This document shows, piece by piece, positions 46,510 through 56,153 of a DNA stretch of 64,000 nt. Numbering within the stretch: position 1 is the first letter of the stretch; each line of letters starts with the position of its first letter. The stretch is from Acidobacteriota bacterium. Its GTDB lineage: Bacteria > Acidobacteriota > UBA6911 > RPQK01 > JAJDTT01. The position numbers and the translations under genes were made by a program. The notes below the pieces were generated by a model. The model was not told the origin of the DNA. It saw nothing but the letters and a program-made list of their open reading frames with translations, and did not search any database. Where the stretch lies: the NCBI GenBank assembly GCA_965209055.1, contig OZ242374.1:1600001-1664000 (forward strand), written 5' to 3'.

Positions 46510-47508
46510 CTAACTCACTCTGGGCCGGATGACGGTGCAGCCAATGGTGCGAAAGTCTTCCTGCAGTCCCAGGAAGGTCTCGTCGGATTCGCAGATTCCG
46601 ACGATGGCTCCGCCCGAACCGGCGAATTTGGCGCTGACCCCGCGGGATCGGGCCAGCTCGATCATCTCCACGTTCCTGGGTTCCAAACTGGAAAGCCCGG
46701 ATCGAATATCGAAGTTCCGGTCCATTAGTTCGGCCAACTTCACCGCGTCCCCCCGCAACAGGCAGTCCCGCCCCATCCGGGCCAGATCGGCGAACTCCTC
46801 CATGGCCCGGTGGACCGTCTGCTCTCCCCGGTTCCAGCGGCCTCTCAAATCGTTGTGATAAATGCCGGAAACCTGGCCCAGATCGTTGCGGTATGCCAGG
46901 TAGAGCGGGGGCAGCAGGCCGGGATCGAGCGATTCATAGAACCCGTGCCCGAGGCGGTTCATGGCCTCCCGATTGAAATCCATGTAGACCAGGCCTTCGT
47001 AAACCTGACAGACGCGGTCCTGGAGGCCCGCTTCGATTCCGATCTCCTCGGTTTCCACCGAGAGGACGAGTCCGGGCATGATCTCCCGGGGGATGGACAC
47101 CTGGTAGAACTCGGCCAGACCCCGCATGGCCGCGGTGATGATGGCGCTGGATCCACCCAGGCCCACCTGGCGGGGCACGTCGGTTTCGTAGCGGAGAGAG
47201 AAGTTCTGCTGCGGGAGCCGAATCTCCTCTCGCCAGCAGTATTCGGCGAAGACCTTGATGGTGGCCTTGACCAGCCGGAGACCACCGTAGAGTCCGTTGA
47301 TCCGGACGTCGTCCACCAGGTCCTCCATCTGCCGGAACTCGCACCGGTCCTGGCGGCTCAGGATGATCTCCAGTTCGGGCCACTCGTAGACGACGACGTT
47401 GGCGGCGTAGTTTCTCAAGATGCAGGAGATGGTCTTGCCGAAGAAGCCGTCGGAAGGGTTGCCCAAGAGGCCGATGCGAGCGTTTGCCGAGGCCCTAGTG
47501 ATCTTCAA
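46510..47508 (-). CDS. GHMP kinase, glucuronokinase-like
   Basis: ARIGLLGNPSD..GKTIS, PRQVGLGGSSA, AGLQDRV.QVYEGLVYMDF, AKFAGSGGA. Confidence 0.8.
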   Translation of the reverse strand: MKITRASANARIGLLGNPSDGFFGKTISCILRNYAANVVVYEWPELEIILSRQDRCEFRQMEDLVDDVRINGLYGGLRLVKATIKVFAEYCWREEIRLPQQNFSLRYETDVPRQVGLGGSSAIITAAMRGLAEFYQVSIPREIMPGLVLSVETEEIGIEAGLQDRVCQVYEGLVYMDFNREAMNRLGHGFYESLDPGLLPPLYLAYRNDLGQVSGIYHNDLRGRWNRGEQTVHRAMEEFADLARMGRDCLLRGDAVKLAELMDRNFDIRSGLSSLEPRNVEMIELARSRGVSAKFAGSGGAIVGICESDETFLGLQEDFRTIGCTVIRPRVS

Positions 47509-48394
47509 CCAATCGCTCCAGCAGACGCTTGCGCAGGCCGGGCCCCAGATCCGGATCGCGCAGTGCGAACTCGACGAAGGTTTCGAAATAGCTCTCGAAG
47601 TTGCCGATGTCGTAGCGCCTCTCGGTTTCCGGCAGGCGGACCCCGATGACCGTCTCTCCTTCTTCCAGAAGCCGTTGGATGGCGTCGGTCAACTGGATCT
47701 CCCCGCCGACTCCCGGTTGGATCTTGTCCAGCTTTCCATAGATGGAAGGCGAAAAGACATACCGTCCCACCAGAGCCAGGCAGCTTGAAGTGGACCCGAC
47801 GGGAGGTTTCTCGATCAGTCCCAGAATGGGAAATTCGTCCCCGTCGCCTCCCGGTTCCACGATCCCATACCGGGAAATGTCCTGCGGGGAAACCGTCTCG
47901 ACGGCCACCACGCAGGCCGCGCCCGACTCGCGGTGGATCCGCGTCATGGCGCTCACGACGTTGGTCGGCGAATCGAGACCGATGATGCTGTCGCCCAGTG
48001 CCACCACGAAGGGGCGGTTCTGGGTGAAGCGGCGGGCGCACCGGACGGCGTCCCCCAATCCCCGCTGGAGCCGCTGACGGGTGTAGAAGAACTTGACCTC
48101 CGTCTGCTCGTAGTCGAGTTCCGCCAGCAGGTCTTCCTTCCCCGACTCCCTCAGGTTCCGAATCAACTGGTGGTCCGGATCGAAGTGGTTCTCGATGGAG
48201 GTCTTGGTCCGTCCGGTGACGAAGAGGATCTCCCTGATGCCGTTCCTGCCCAGTTCTTCGACCACGTACTGGACCACCGGCTTCTTGGCCACCGGCAGCA
48301 TTTCCTTGGGCTGGGACTTGGTGGCCGGCAGGAGGCGAGTCCCCAGTCCGGCGACGGGGACGACGGCGACGCTGATCTCCGGTCCGGTTTTCAT
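47495..48394 (-). CDS. galU: UTP-glucose-1-phosphate uridylyltransferase family
   Basis: PVAGLGTRLLPATKSQPKEMLP, GLGDAV, IEKP, GEIQLTDA, RYDIG. Confidence 0.9.
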   Translation of the reverse strand: MKTGPEISVAVVPVAGLGTRLLPATKSQPKEMLPVAKKPVVQYVVEELGRNGIREILFVTGRTKTSIENHFDPDHQLIRNLRESGKEDLLAELDYEQTEVKFFYTRQRLQRGLGDAVRCARRFTQNRPFVVALGDSIIGLDSPTNVVSAMTRIHRESGAACVVAVETVSPQDISRYGIVEPGGDGDEFPILGLIEKPPVGSTSSCLALVGRYVFSPSIYGKLDKIQPGVGGEIQLTDAIQRLLEEGETVIGVRLPETERRYDIGNFESYFETFVEFALRDPDLGPGLRKRLLERLVEDH

Positions 48395-48477
48395 GGCGTC
48401 TCGTCTCATGGACGGGCTCATCCCGCTGGAAGGGCGACTTCCAGTCGCCCTCTTGCTGTTCAGTCTCACGGACGGGG

Positions 48478-48969
48478 TCACCCCTGCGGCCGATAGAGCG
48501 TGACTAGGCAACCTCCCAGAGCGGCCAGTAGGATGCCCAGGACAAACGGCCACTGGATGCTCGAGATCCCGCCCGGCGGCGGATGTTTGATCATGGAGGC
48601 GAACGCGTTGACGATGGGGGCTCCCGCGAAGACGATGGCCATGACGACGCTGGGAGAGCCCTTGGCTCCGAAGGCCAGAAGGACGCCGAAGGCTCCGATG
48701 GCTCCCAGGATTCCGGCGACCAGCGACAAGCCCATTCCCGGCGCGGGATAGCTCCAGTCCGCGCCCTGGCTCTTCAGGACCAGCAGCGGGGCCAGAACGG
48801 CGACCAGGAAATAGGCCAGGCCGACGAAGAGGTAGGCCTTGTAACGCCCGTTGACCGGATCCCCCATGGCTACCTGTCCGGCATGGAGCATGGTGCCGTA
48901 CAAACCCCAGCAAAACACCGTCACGAAAGCGAAGCCGAGCCAGGCCAGTCCAGTGCTAGTCATGAACAT
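48478..48969 (-). CDS. Small multi-TM protein (EamA/DMT-like)
   Basis: Five hydrophobic segments; RBS AAGGAGG. Confidence 0.75.
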   Translation of the reverse strand: MFMTSTGLAWLGFAFVTVFCWGLYGTMLHAGQVAMGDPVNGRYKAYLFVGLAYFLVAVLAPLLVLKSQGADWSYPAPGMGLSLVAGILGAIGAFGVLLAFGAKGSPSVVMAIVFAGAPIVNAFASMIKHPPPGGISSIQWPFVLGILLAALGGCLVTLYRPQG

Positions 48970-48998
48970 CCTCCTTGATTGGATACGGAGTATAGCCC

Positions 48999-49083
48999 GT
49001 AGGAGGGGGGACATTCCTGTCCTCCCTTCCCTTTGTGGTTCATCGATACTCTGGAGTTCGGCGGCTAGGAAACCGCCGCTCCT
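48999..49083. repeat. GTAG-type REP doublet
   Basis: GTAGGAGGGGGGACATTCCTGTCCTCCC, then CGGCGGCTAGGAAACCGCCGCTCCT. Confidence 0.8.
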
Positions 49084-50242
49084 GGCCGAGCCCGAAATCC
49101 AGGAGTATCGGGTCGTGATCCGAGAGCTTGCCGAAGATCTCGTCGAGTCCGCCGATCACCCGCGGAGGTGACACGGGATCGGGAAGAATGCCCTTGCCGG
49201 CGAACCAGTCCAGCTTCATGGAGCATCGGCCCTGGTGGTTCTTCAGGGCCCAGTCGATGAACCAGAAGCACCAATTGGGGATCCACTCGGCCATGTTCCG
49301 GTTGGTGGCCAGATTCGCGGCATCGTAGTGGAGCGTGCAAACGCCCATCTGGTTCAGGTCCCGATAGCGGTAGCCTCGATTCTCCAGTTCCCGGAACAGG
49401 CGCCGTTCGAACCACCGCTGGGGATGGGGGTAGTGGTTGTCCAGAACGTTTTCGATCCCCATGAGGACCCGGCGGGCGTAACCTAGAATCGAATACACGG
49501 CGCGCCGCGCATGGTGGGTGGAGGTGTTCCAGTCGCCGCCGATGACGACCGGCAACGAGGGATGCCAGCGTTGAAGATGGTCCAGCAGCAGGGTCATCTG
49601 CCGATGCCGGTGCGCCTGGCTGGAGTGGGCGTCCAAGTGGAGGCTGACGGCGCGGAAACGTCCCAGGGGATGCTCCACCAGGCCCAGGATCGCCCGCTGG
49701 CATCCCAGGCGTTTCTCGTTTCCCCTCAACTTGTCCTTGCCGTTGGGAAGGGGCAGCGCGTGGGGCTCCGACACCGGATGCCTCGAGAGCAGCGCGTTCC
49801 CGTGCAGAGCCTGGTCATTCTCGCCCGGAGCCTCGATCTCCAGCCCCGCTCCCTTGTCCAGATTCAGATAGCTGGGGGCGAACACGTAGGTCATCCCCAG
49901 TTGCCGGGCCAGCTCGCGGGTGACGTGGAGGTTCCCGGTCCGGGCCATTCCGTAGTCCAGTTCCGTCAGCAAGAGAGTGTCGGCCTCCCGCAACAGCGGA
50001 TGCTCCCGGAGAGCCCTGGCCAGGCCCGGCAGCTTCAGGCCGCGCTCGATATTCCAGGCGACGGCGCGGATTGAGCTCCTGGCCGGTCCGGAACGTCCCG
50101 CCGGGTCTTCACCGGTCTCGACAGATTTCAGCACCCGGTCGATTTCGGGCCGGAGACGGCGATAGAGGGGAGAGGACTCCAGATGGCGGCTCGAAGGAAT
50201 CTGCCTCAGTTGGGGGAAGTAAGGATTGATGGCGTGGTCCAT
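49040..50242 (-). CDS. Endonuclease/exonuclease/phosphatase family protein
   Basis: WNIERG, TELD, GNALLSR, HLD, GGDWNT, KLDW, SDH. Confidence 0.88.
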   Translation of the reverse strand: MDHAINPYFPQLRQIPSSRHLESSPLYRRLRPEIDRVLKSVETGEDPAGRSGPARSSIRAVAWNIERGLKLPGLARALREHPLLREADTLLLTELDYGMARTGNLHVTRELARQLGMTYVFAPSYLNLDKGAGLEIEAPGENDQALHGNALLSRHPVSEPHALPLPNGKDKLRGNEKRLGCQRAILGLVEHPLGRFRAVSLHLDAHSSQAHRHRQMTLLLDHLQRWHPSLPVVIGGDWNTSTHHARRAVYSILGYARRVLMGIENVLDNHYPHPQRWFERRLFRELENRGYRYRDLNQMGVCTLHYDAANLATNRNMAEWIPNWCFWFIDWALKNHQGRCSMKLDWFAGKGILPDPVSPPRVIGGLDEIFGKLSDHDPILLDFGLGQERRFPSRRTPEYR

Positions 50243-50300
50243 CAGTCCGGGTCCCGCGCCAGGGCCTCTGATCCACGATGGGCATCCCGGACCGGTTCTC

Positions 50301-50747
50301 TCACCAGAGAGCTCCGGAAACGGAATCCTTTTCCAGCAGCAGGAGCACGAAGATGACGGCATTGATGCCGTGAGATGCGAAGCAGAGGATGCAGGGAACG
50401 CGGGTCAGGAACAACAGGGAGTAGGTGAGAAACAACCCCAGGAGGACCGTGACTAGACTTGCCAGCAGTGAGAAGTGGAAGATGGGAGAGATGAACAGGA
50501 AACCTTCCAGGGTTCCGGCGGCGATCAACGGGTAGAAAAGTTGCGCCAGGACCGAATTGGGAACGCCGAGGACTCGGGCCCGGGGAGTGAAGACGATGGT
50601 GGCGCAGGTCTTTTCTCCCATCCGGCAGAAGCTGGGAATCCAGGCGGCGTCGGGTCGCACCCAGCGGTAGGCCACGGCCGTGAAATAGGATGAGATGATG
50701 AAGCCGGCCAGCGACAGGACGACCAACAGCAGAGACGGCCAACTCAT
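50301..50747 (-). CDS. Vitamin K epoxide reductase (VKOR) family protein
   Basis: FC......C..V, GVPNS, TM helices, CILC. Confidence 0.88.
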   Translation of the reverse strand: MSWPSLLLVVLSLAGFIISSYFTAVAYRWVRPDAAWIPSFCRMGEKTCATIVFTPRARVLGVPNSVLAQLFYPLIAAGTLEGFLFISPIFHFSLLASLVTVLLGLFLTYSLLFLTRVPCILCFASHGINAVIFVLLLLEKDSVSGALW

Positions 50748-50860
50748 GCGTGCCGCTCGCCTCCCGGCTGTCTCCGTCGTTCCATGTTTGGATGTATTGT
50801 ATCCCGCGATGTCCCCAGGTGCAGTGTGACGGCGCCCAAAATCACCGTGGAGCACGGACC

Positions 50861-52360
50861 TTGACCGGCGTCGGGCCGCCCCGCCCCCATGTCCTGACAC
50901 TGGATGCGGGAACGTCTTCCTTGCGGGCCCAGGTGTGGGGAGTGGATGGGCGTCCCTTTCGGGGGATCGGGGCCCGGGCCCACTATCGCCTTTGGACCGA
51001 CCCGGAGGGAGGAGCCTGGCTGGAGCCGGAGGAGGTCCTTGCGGCCGTATCCGATGCGCTCGACGAGACGTTGGCCCGAGCCGAGTCCATAGGCGCCCGG
51101 ATCGCCGCCGTCGCTTCAGACACGCTCTCTCCCACGCTCCTGGGAGTGGATGAGCAGGCCCAGCCGCTGACGCCGATCTACACCTATGCCGACACCCGAA
51201 GCCGGCAGGCTGCCGTGGAACTCAGGAAAAGGCTGGATTCTGCGGAGGTCCACGAGCGGACGGGCTGTCCCATCCACAGCAGTTACCTGCCCTCCCGCCT
51301 CCTCTGGCTGGAGGGGAGCCGGCCCCGGCTCTTCTCCCGGGTCGCCCGCTGGATGACTCTGGGCGAGTTCGTTTATTCGCGATTCTTTGGGACCGGCGGC
51401 GTGAGCTATTCGGCCGCCTCGTGGAGCGGGCTGCTGAACCGCCACCGCTTGGACTGGGACGAGTCCTGGATTTCCCTTCTCCCGATCCGGCGGACTCAGC
51501 TTTCGACGCTTCGCGATTGCACGAAACCCTTCACGGGATTGCATGATCCCTGGGCCAGGCGCTGGCCGGCCCTGGATCGAATACCCTGGTTCCCTGCGGT
51601 GGGAGACGGGGCCGCCGCCAACGTGGGCAGCGGCTGTGTGCGTTCGGACCGGGTTGCCCTGACCATCGGTTCCACCGGAGCCATCCGCGCGGTCCTGGAC
51701 CGTCCTGCTTCCCCCCTTCCGGCGGGTCTCTGGAGCTATTTCGTCGATGCCGGCCGGCCCCTCATGGGAGGAGCCACCACCGAGGGGGGGAGCGTCTTCT
51801 CGTGGTTGACGAGCCGGCTGCAGGCCGATGTCGAACCCGAGCGGTTGGAGGCCGAGCTGCAGGCCATGGAGCCGGCTGCCCACGGCCTGGTTTTCCTGCC
51901 GTTCCTGGCGGGAGAACGGAGTCCCGGGTGGCGCGACGAAGCCCGCGGAAGCCTGGTGGGGCTGACGCTTTCGACACGGCCTGCGGAAATCGTCCGGGCG
52001 GCTCTGGAATCGATGGCCTACCGGCTTTGCCTGATCTACCGGCTCATGGAGCCCCACTTGTCCCGGCAGCACGAGATCATCGGCGGGGGCGCCGGGCTGC
52101 TCTCTTCTCCCGCCTGGCTGCAGATCCTGGCGGACGTCCTGGACCGCCGGGTCATCGCCTGCGCCGAGCCCGAAGTGACGGGCCGGGGAACGGCTCTGCT
52201 GGCGCTCGAGTCCCTGGGTCTGGTCTCGGACCTGGCGGCGGTCCCGCCGGCCATGGGAAAGAGATACGACCCCGATCCCGCCCGCCACCTCCGGCATCTC
52301 GAGGCCATGGAGCGGCATCTGGAGCTTTACCGGCGCATGGACGGCTTCGCGCTAGAATAG
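50861..52360 (+). CDS. gntK: FGGY-family carbohydrate kinase, probable gluconokinase
   Basis: LDAGTSS, YADTR, RTGCPIH, GDGAAAN.GSG, PFLAGERSPGW; upstream of gnd; start uncertain. Confidence 0.82.
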   Translation: MTGVGPPRPHVLTLDAGTSSLRAQVWGVDGRPFRGIGARAHYRLWTDPEGGAWLEPEEVLAAVSDALDETLARAESIGARIAAVASDTLSPTLLGVDEQAQPLTPIYTYADTRSRQAAVELRKRLDSAEVHERTGCPIHSSYLPSRLLWLEGSRPRLFSRVARWMTLGEFVYSRFFGTGGVSYSAASWSGLLNRHRLDWDESWISLLPIRRTQLSTLRDCTKPFTGLHDPWARRWPALDRIPWFPAVGDGAAANVGSGCVRSDRVALTIGSTGAIRAVLDRPASPLPAGLWSYFVDAGRPLMGGATTEGGSVFSWLTSRLQADVEPERLEAELQAMEPAAHGLVFLPFLAGERSPGWRDEARGSLVGLTLSTRPAEIVRAALESMAYRLCLIYRLMEPHLSRQHEIIGGGAGLLSSPAWLQILADVLDRRVIACAEPEVTGRGTALLALESLGLVSDLAAVPPAMGKRYDPDPARHLRHLEAMERHLELYRRMDGFALE

Positions 52361-52393
52361 GGAGTTCGTCGCATAGCACAGGAGAATTCGAAT

Positions 52394-53818
52394 ATGGAAG
52401 CCAAGGCGGATATCGGACTCATCGGGTTGGCGGTCATGGGCCAGAACCTGGTCCTGAACATGAACGATCACGGCTATACGGTGGCCGTCTTCAACCGGAC
52501 GGTCTCCAAAGTGGACGACTTCCTCTCGGGGGAGGCCCGGGGAACGAGGGTCCTGGGCGCCCATTCCCTGGACGAACTCGTCCGGATGCTCAAACGGCCG
52601 AGGCGGGTCATGCTGATGGTCAAGGCCGGCTGGCCGGTGGACGAATTCATCCGGCAGCTCCTGGACCACCTGGAGCCGGGTGACATCATCATCGACGGAG
52701 GGAACTCCAACTACGAGGACACCCGGCGGCGGGTCTCCCTGGTGGAGTCGAAGGGCCTTCTCTATATCGGAACCGGTGTCTCCGGAGGCGAGGAGGGAGC
52801 GCGGCGGGGACCCTCCATCATGCCCGGCGGGTCCGCCGAGGCCTGGCCTCAGGTCCGGCCCCTTTTCCAGGCCGTGTCGGCCAAGGTGGACGGGGGAGAA
52901 CCCTGCTGCGACTGGGTCGGTGAGGACGGCGCCGGCCACTTCGTCAAGATGGTCCACAACGGCATCGAATACGGAGACATGCAGCTCATCTGCGAGGCCT
53001 ATCATCTGATGAAGGCGGGACTGGGAATGCCCGCGGATGAAATCAGCCGCGTCTTCGCCCGCTGGAACCGGGGGCGGCTGGATTCCTACCTGATCCGGAT
53101 CACCCGGGACATCCTGGCCGTCAAGGACGGCGACGGAGGGCCCCTGGTGGATAAGGTCCTGGATACCGCCGGTCAGAAGGGAACCGGGCGGTGGACCGTG
53201 ATCTCGGCGTTGAACCTGGGAGTTCCCCTCACTCTCATCGGCGAGGCTGTCCTGGCGCGGGCCCTGTCGGCCATCAAGGAGGACCGGGTCGAAGCCTCCC
53301 GGTTGTTGACCGGACCCAGGCCGGACGGCGCCGCGCCTCGAGCGGATCTGGTCGATGACCTGGAGCAGGCCCTCTATGCGTCCAAGATCGTCTCCTACGC
53401 CCAGGGTTACCAGTTGATGCGGTCGGCGGCGGCCGAATACGGTTGGAACCTGGATTTCGGAGGCATCGCCCTGATGTGGCGGGGCGGTTGCATCATTCGG
53501 TCCGTGTTCCTGGGCAAGATCAAGGAGGCCTTCGACCGGGAGCCGGATCTGAAGAACCTGCTCCTGGATCCCTATTTCAAGGAGCAGGTGGAGGGTGCCC
53601 AGGAGTCTTGGCGCCGGGTCGTCTCCCGGGCGGTCGGCTGGGGCGTCCCGGTTCCGGCGACCTCAAGCGCCCTGGCCTTCTACGACGGCTACCGGCAGGA
53701 CTGGCTCCCCGCCAATCTCCTGCAGTCCCAGCGGGACTACTTCGGCGCCCACACCTACGAGCGAGTGGACCGGCCCCGCGGCGAGTTTTTCCACACCCGC
53801 TGGTCGGAATCGGCCTAG
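52394..53818 (+). CDS. gnd: NADP-dependent 6-phosphogluconate dehydrogenase
   Basis: GLAVMG, VSGGEEGA, KMVHNGIEY, QKGTG, QRDYFGAH. Confidence 0.97.
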   Translation: MEAKADIGLIGLAVMGQNLVLNMNDHGYTVAVFNRTVSKVDDFLSGEARGTRVLGAHSLDELVRMLKRPRRVMLMVKAGWPVDEFIRQLLDHLEPGDIIIDGGNSNYEDTRRRVSLVESKGLLYIGTGVSGGEEGARRGPSIMPGGSAEAWPQVRPLFQAVSAKVDGGEPCCDWVGEDGAGHFVKMVHNGIEYGDMQLICEAYHLMKAGLGMPADEISRVFARWNRGRLDSYLIRITRDILAVKDGDGGPLVDKVLDTAGQKGTGRWTVISALNLGVPLTLIGEAVLARALSAIKEDRVEASRLLTGPRPDGAAPRADLVDDLEQALYASKIVSYAQGYQLMRSAAAEYGWNLDFGGIALMWRGGCIIRSVFLGKIKEAFDREPDLKNLLLDPYFKEQVEGAQESWRRVVSRAVGWGVPVPATSSALAFYDGYRQDWLPANLLQSQRDYFGAHTYERVDRPRGEFFHTRWSESA

Positions 53819-53843
53819 GAGGGGGGACATTCTTGTCCCCCCT
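53815..53843 (+). repeat. REP hairpin after gnd
   Basis: CTAGGAGGGGGGACATTCTTGTCCCCCCT. Confidence 0.75.
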
Positions 53844-53958
53844 CTTCAACGAACCGGAACCCAAGAAGGAGCGGAAGACCAAGAAGTGGGAGAACGCTCG
53901 ACGGGGACAACAAACGCGATTGTCCTCTTCTCATTGCGGTAAAAAAAGGCGGCGAAGA

Positions 53959-54330
53959 GTGCCGATCATTCGACTGAAACTGATTGTTCAGCACGACACC
54001 GAGCGTCTGAGAAAGGAAACGCTGCAGACGTTGGCCGACGAACTCGGCGAGTATTTCGATTCGGAACCGTCCGGCACGTGGGTTGAAGTCGAGTACCTTC
54101 CGGTCGAGCAGCATGCGGAAAATCGATTTGAGCTACCCGGGGACATGAAAACAACATTCATGTACGTTTTGAAACATCACCTTCCGACAGAGGAAGAAGT
54201 CGTGCGGGAAGCCGTGGATCTTGCCCGGATTGTGTCGAAGCGGTTGCAGCGGCCTCGACGGAACACCCACATTTTCTACGAGCCGCCCGGCAAGGGACGG
54301 ATTGCTTTCGGTGGCAGACTGGTCAGGTGA
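53959..54330 (+). CDS. Hypothetical protein, tautomerase/MIF-like
   Basis: Pro at position 2; TWVEVEYLP..HAEN..FYEP..GRIAFGG.L. Confidence 0.6.
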   Translation: MPIIRLKLIVQHDTERLRKETLQTLADELGEYFDSEPSGTWVEVEYLPVEQHAENRFELPGDMKTTFMYVLKHHLPTEEEVVREAVDLARIVSKRLQRPRRNTHIFYEPPGKGRIAFGGRLVR

Positions 54331-54363
54331 CCTCAGCGCTTTCCGGTGGTGCGAGCGTGACTT

Positions 54364-54613
54364 TCCTTCTCGTAGTGCACGCTTTCAGAATGGCAGTGAA
54401 GTTCTACGAGAGGCGATTCGGCTGATGGCGCGTCAAGAACAGGAATGCGGAGCTCAACTGACAAGGTTGCGGAAGGCGGCCAAGATCGGCATGGCTGACA
54501 TTGACTCCGGAAGCTTCCAAAGTTTCGACGCGCCGGAACAGCTACTTCGCCACTTGGCAGAATTGACCCGCGATGCAATGAGGGGACGTTCTCCCGAATC
54601 CAAAGACAAGTGA
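54364..54613 (+). pseudogene. 5'-truncated ParD-type (CC2985-like) antitoxin; no ParE
   Basis: RFQNGSEVLREAIRLM..LRKAAKIGMADIDSG; the N-terminal ribbon strand and start are missing. Confidence 0.65.
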
Positions 54614-54657
54614 GGAATTCGCGTTGCCGCCAGCGGATCGGTATGCTGACCGCCGCC

Positions 54658-55536
54658 TCAAACCAGGTCCTGGAAGGCTCGAAACAGGGTCCGGTAGTAC
54701 TTCATGACTCGGATCGGATCGGTGCTCTCAGGGATCTCGGCCATGCAGTAGCCCGGGTATTCCATCTCCCGGAGCAGGCGGAACAGGAGCCGCCAGGGGT
54801 ACTCCTCGACGTAGAGGTCCCGCATGTGGACCAGGGAGATCCGGTCCTTGATCAGGTTGAAATTGGTCTCCACGCCCCCGTCCAGAAGATCCGTCTTGTT
54901 GGAGTTCCAGCAGATCCGGACGTTGTCGTGATCGGCGTAGTCCAGCATCTTGCGGATGCGGGGGATGCGGCCCGTCTCCCGTCCGTGAACCTCCATCCGG
55001 ATCTGGACTCCCCAGCCGTTGCCGTAGGCTCCGCATTCCCTCAGGGCCAGTCCGATCTGTTCCAGGGTCTTCTCCTCGGGGACCCCCTCGGGGAGTCCGT
55101 TGGGACGCACCTTGACGCCGGGGGCGCCCACGTCGTGGGCCAGCCGTACGAAGGCTTTGGTCTCTTCGATGTTGCGGCGCAGGATTTCCGGATCGGGCGA
55201 GTGGTACTCGCAGGCGCTGCCCAGGCCGACCAGACGGACCGGAGAATCCTGGAATCGCATCATGACTTCCCGGCGTTGCTCGGGAGAGATGTCGATCTCG
55301 ACGCCGTGGGCGTGGGTGCTGCGCAGCTCGACCCCCTCGAAGCCGGTTTCGGCGCAGTTGCGGATCAGCGTGTCCAGGTCCCAACTTCGGCCCAGGTTGT
55401 AGGTCACCGTCCCCAGGCGCAGGGGAAGGTTCCGGGTGACCTGCCGGGTCGCAGCTGGCGATGCGGAAGATTCTCCAGGCCAGAGCCCGGCTGAAACCGA
55501 GGCCGTCGCAGCCCCCAGAAATCGTCTTCTTTCCAT
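54658..55536 (-). CDS. Tat-exported sugar phosphate isomerase/epimerase (TIM barrel)
   Basis: MERRRFLG signal; GFEGVELR, EVHG, VHMRD, AE. Confidence 0.85.
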   Translation of the reverse strand: MERRRFLGAATASVSAGLWPGESSASPAATRQVTRNLPLRLGTVTYNLGRSWDLDTLIRNCAETGFEGVELRSTHAHGVEIDISPEQRREVMMRFQDSPVRLVGLGSACEYHSPDPEILRRNIEETKAFVRLAHDVGAPGVKVRPNGLPEGVPEEKTLEQIGLALRECGAYGNGWGVQIRMEVHGRETGRIPRIRKMLDYADHDNVRICWNSNKTDLLDGGVETNFNLIKDRISLVHMRDLYVEEYPWRLLFRLLREMEYPGYCMAEIPESTDPIRVMKYYRTLFRAFQDLV

Positions 55537-55574
55537 GGTTGCCTCCCTGATCGCACTATCGTGCGGACTCGGCG

Positions 55575-56114
55575 TTACTGGTGCCCCGCCGCCAGCAGCT
55601 CCTGGTAGGTCCTGATGGTGCCGCCGCGGTTGCGTTGGTATTCCAGCGCGCTCCGGCGGTCCTTGAAGGCGACCAGGCCGGGCAGGCAGCGGTCCCAGGC
55701 CAGGGTGTACTGACTGCCGGATCCATCCTCCCGGGGGCGTTCCATGGAGCAGCAATGTTGGACCGAACTGTCTTCGACGTAGACGGCCTGCTCGGCGGGG
55801 AGGACTTCTCCTGTGGAGGTGTCTCCGATCCACGCCTCTTTCACCCGGTGTCCGTTCAGCTCCTGGTAGTGGAGCCCGCACCGGGGGCAGCAGACGTCCA
55901 GGTTCCCTCCTGCGGCCAGGACGATTCGGTAGGTTGAATCTCCATGCAACGGTCTCTGGCAAACGGCGCAGGTTCCCGACTCCAGGGTGTACAGGAAATA
56001 GGTGCTGCCGGCCAGCAGCAGAAACAACAGCATGAGCGCGGTTCCCCGGAGCACCTTGGAGCCTGGTCCGGCACGTTCGGCCGGAGCGGCGGACGGTGGG
56101 CCATTCTCCTTCAT
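55575..56114 (-). CDS. NosL/TRASH-like metal-binding membrane protein
   Basis: TM; CAVC..CCPRC, AEQAVYV, LVAF....A......GG. Confidence 0.7.
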   Translation of the reverse strand: MKENGPPSAAPAERAGPGSKVLRGTALMLLFLLLAGSTYFLYTLESGTCAVCQRPLHGDSTYRIVLAAGGNLDVCCPRCGLHYQELNGHRVKEAWIGDTSTGEVLPAEQAVYVEDSSVQHCCSMERPREDGSGSQYTLAWDRCLPGLVAFKDRRSALEYQRNRGGTIRTYQELLAAGHQ

Positions 56115-56153
56115 GAAACAGTCTCCATGGAGGCCGGTCTGCGCCGCCAAAGA

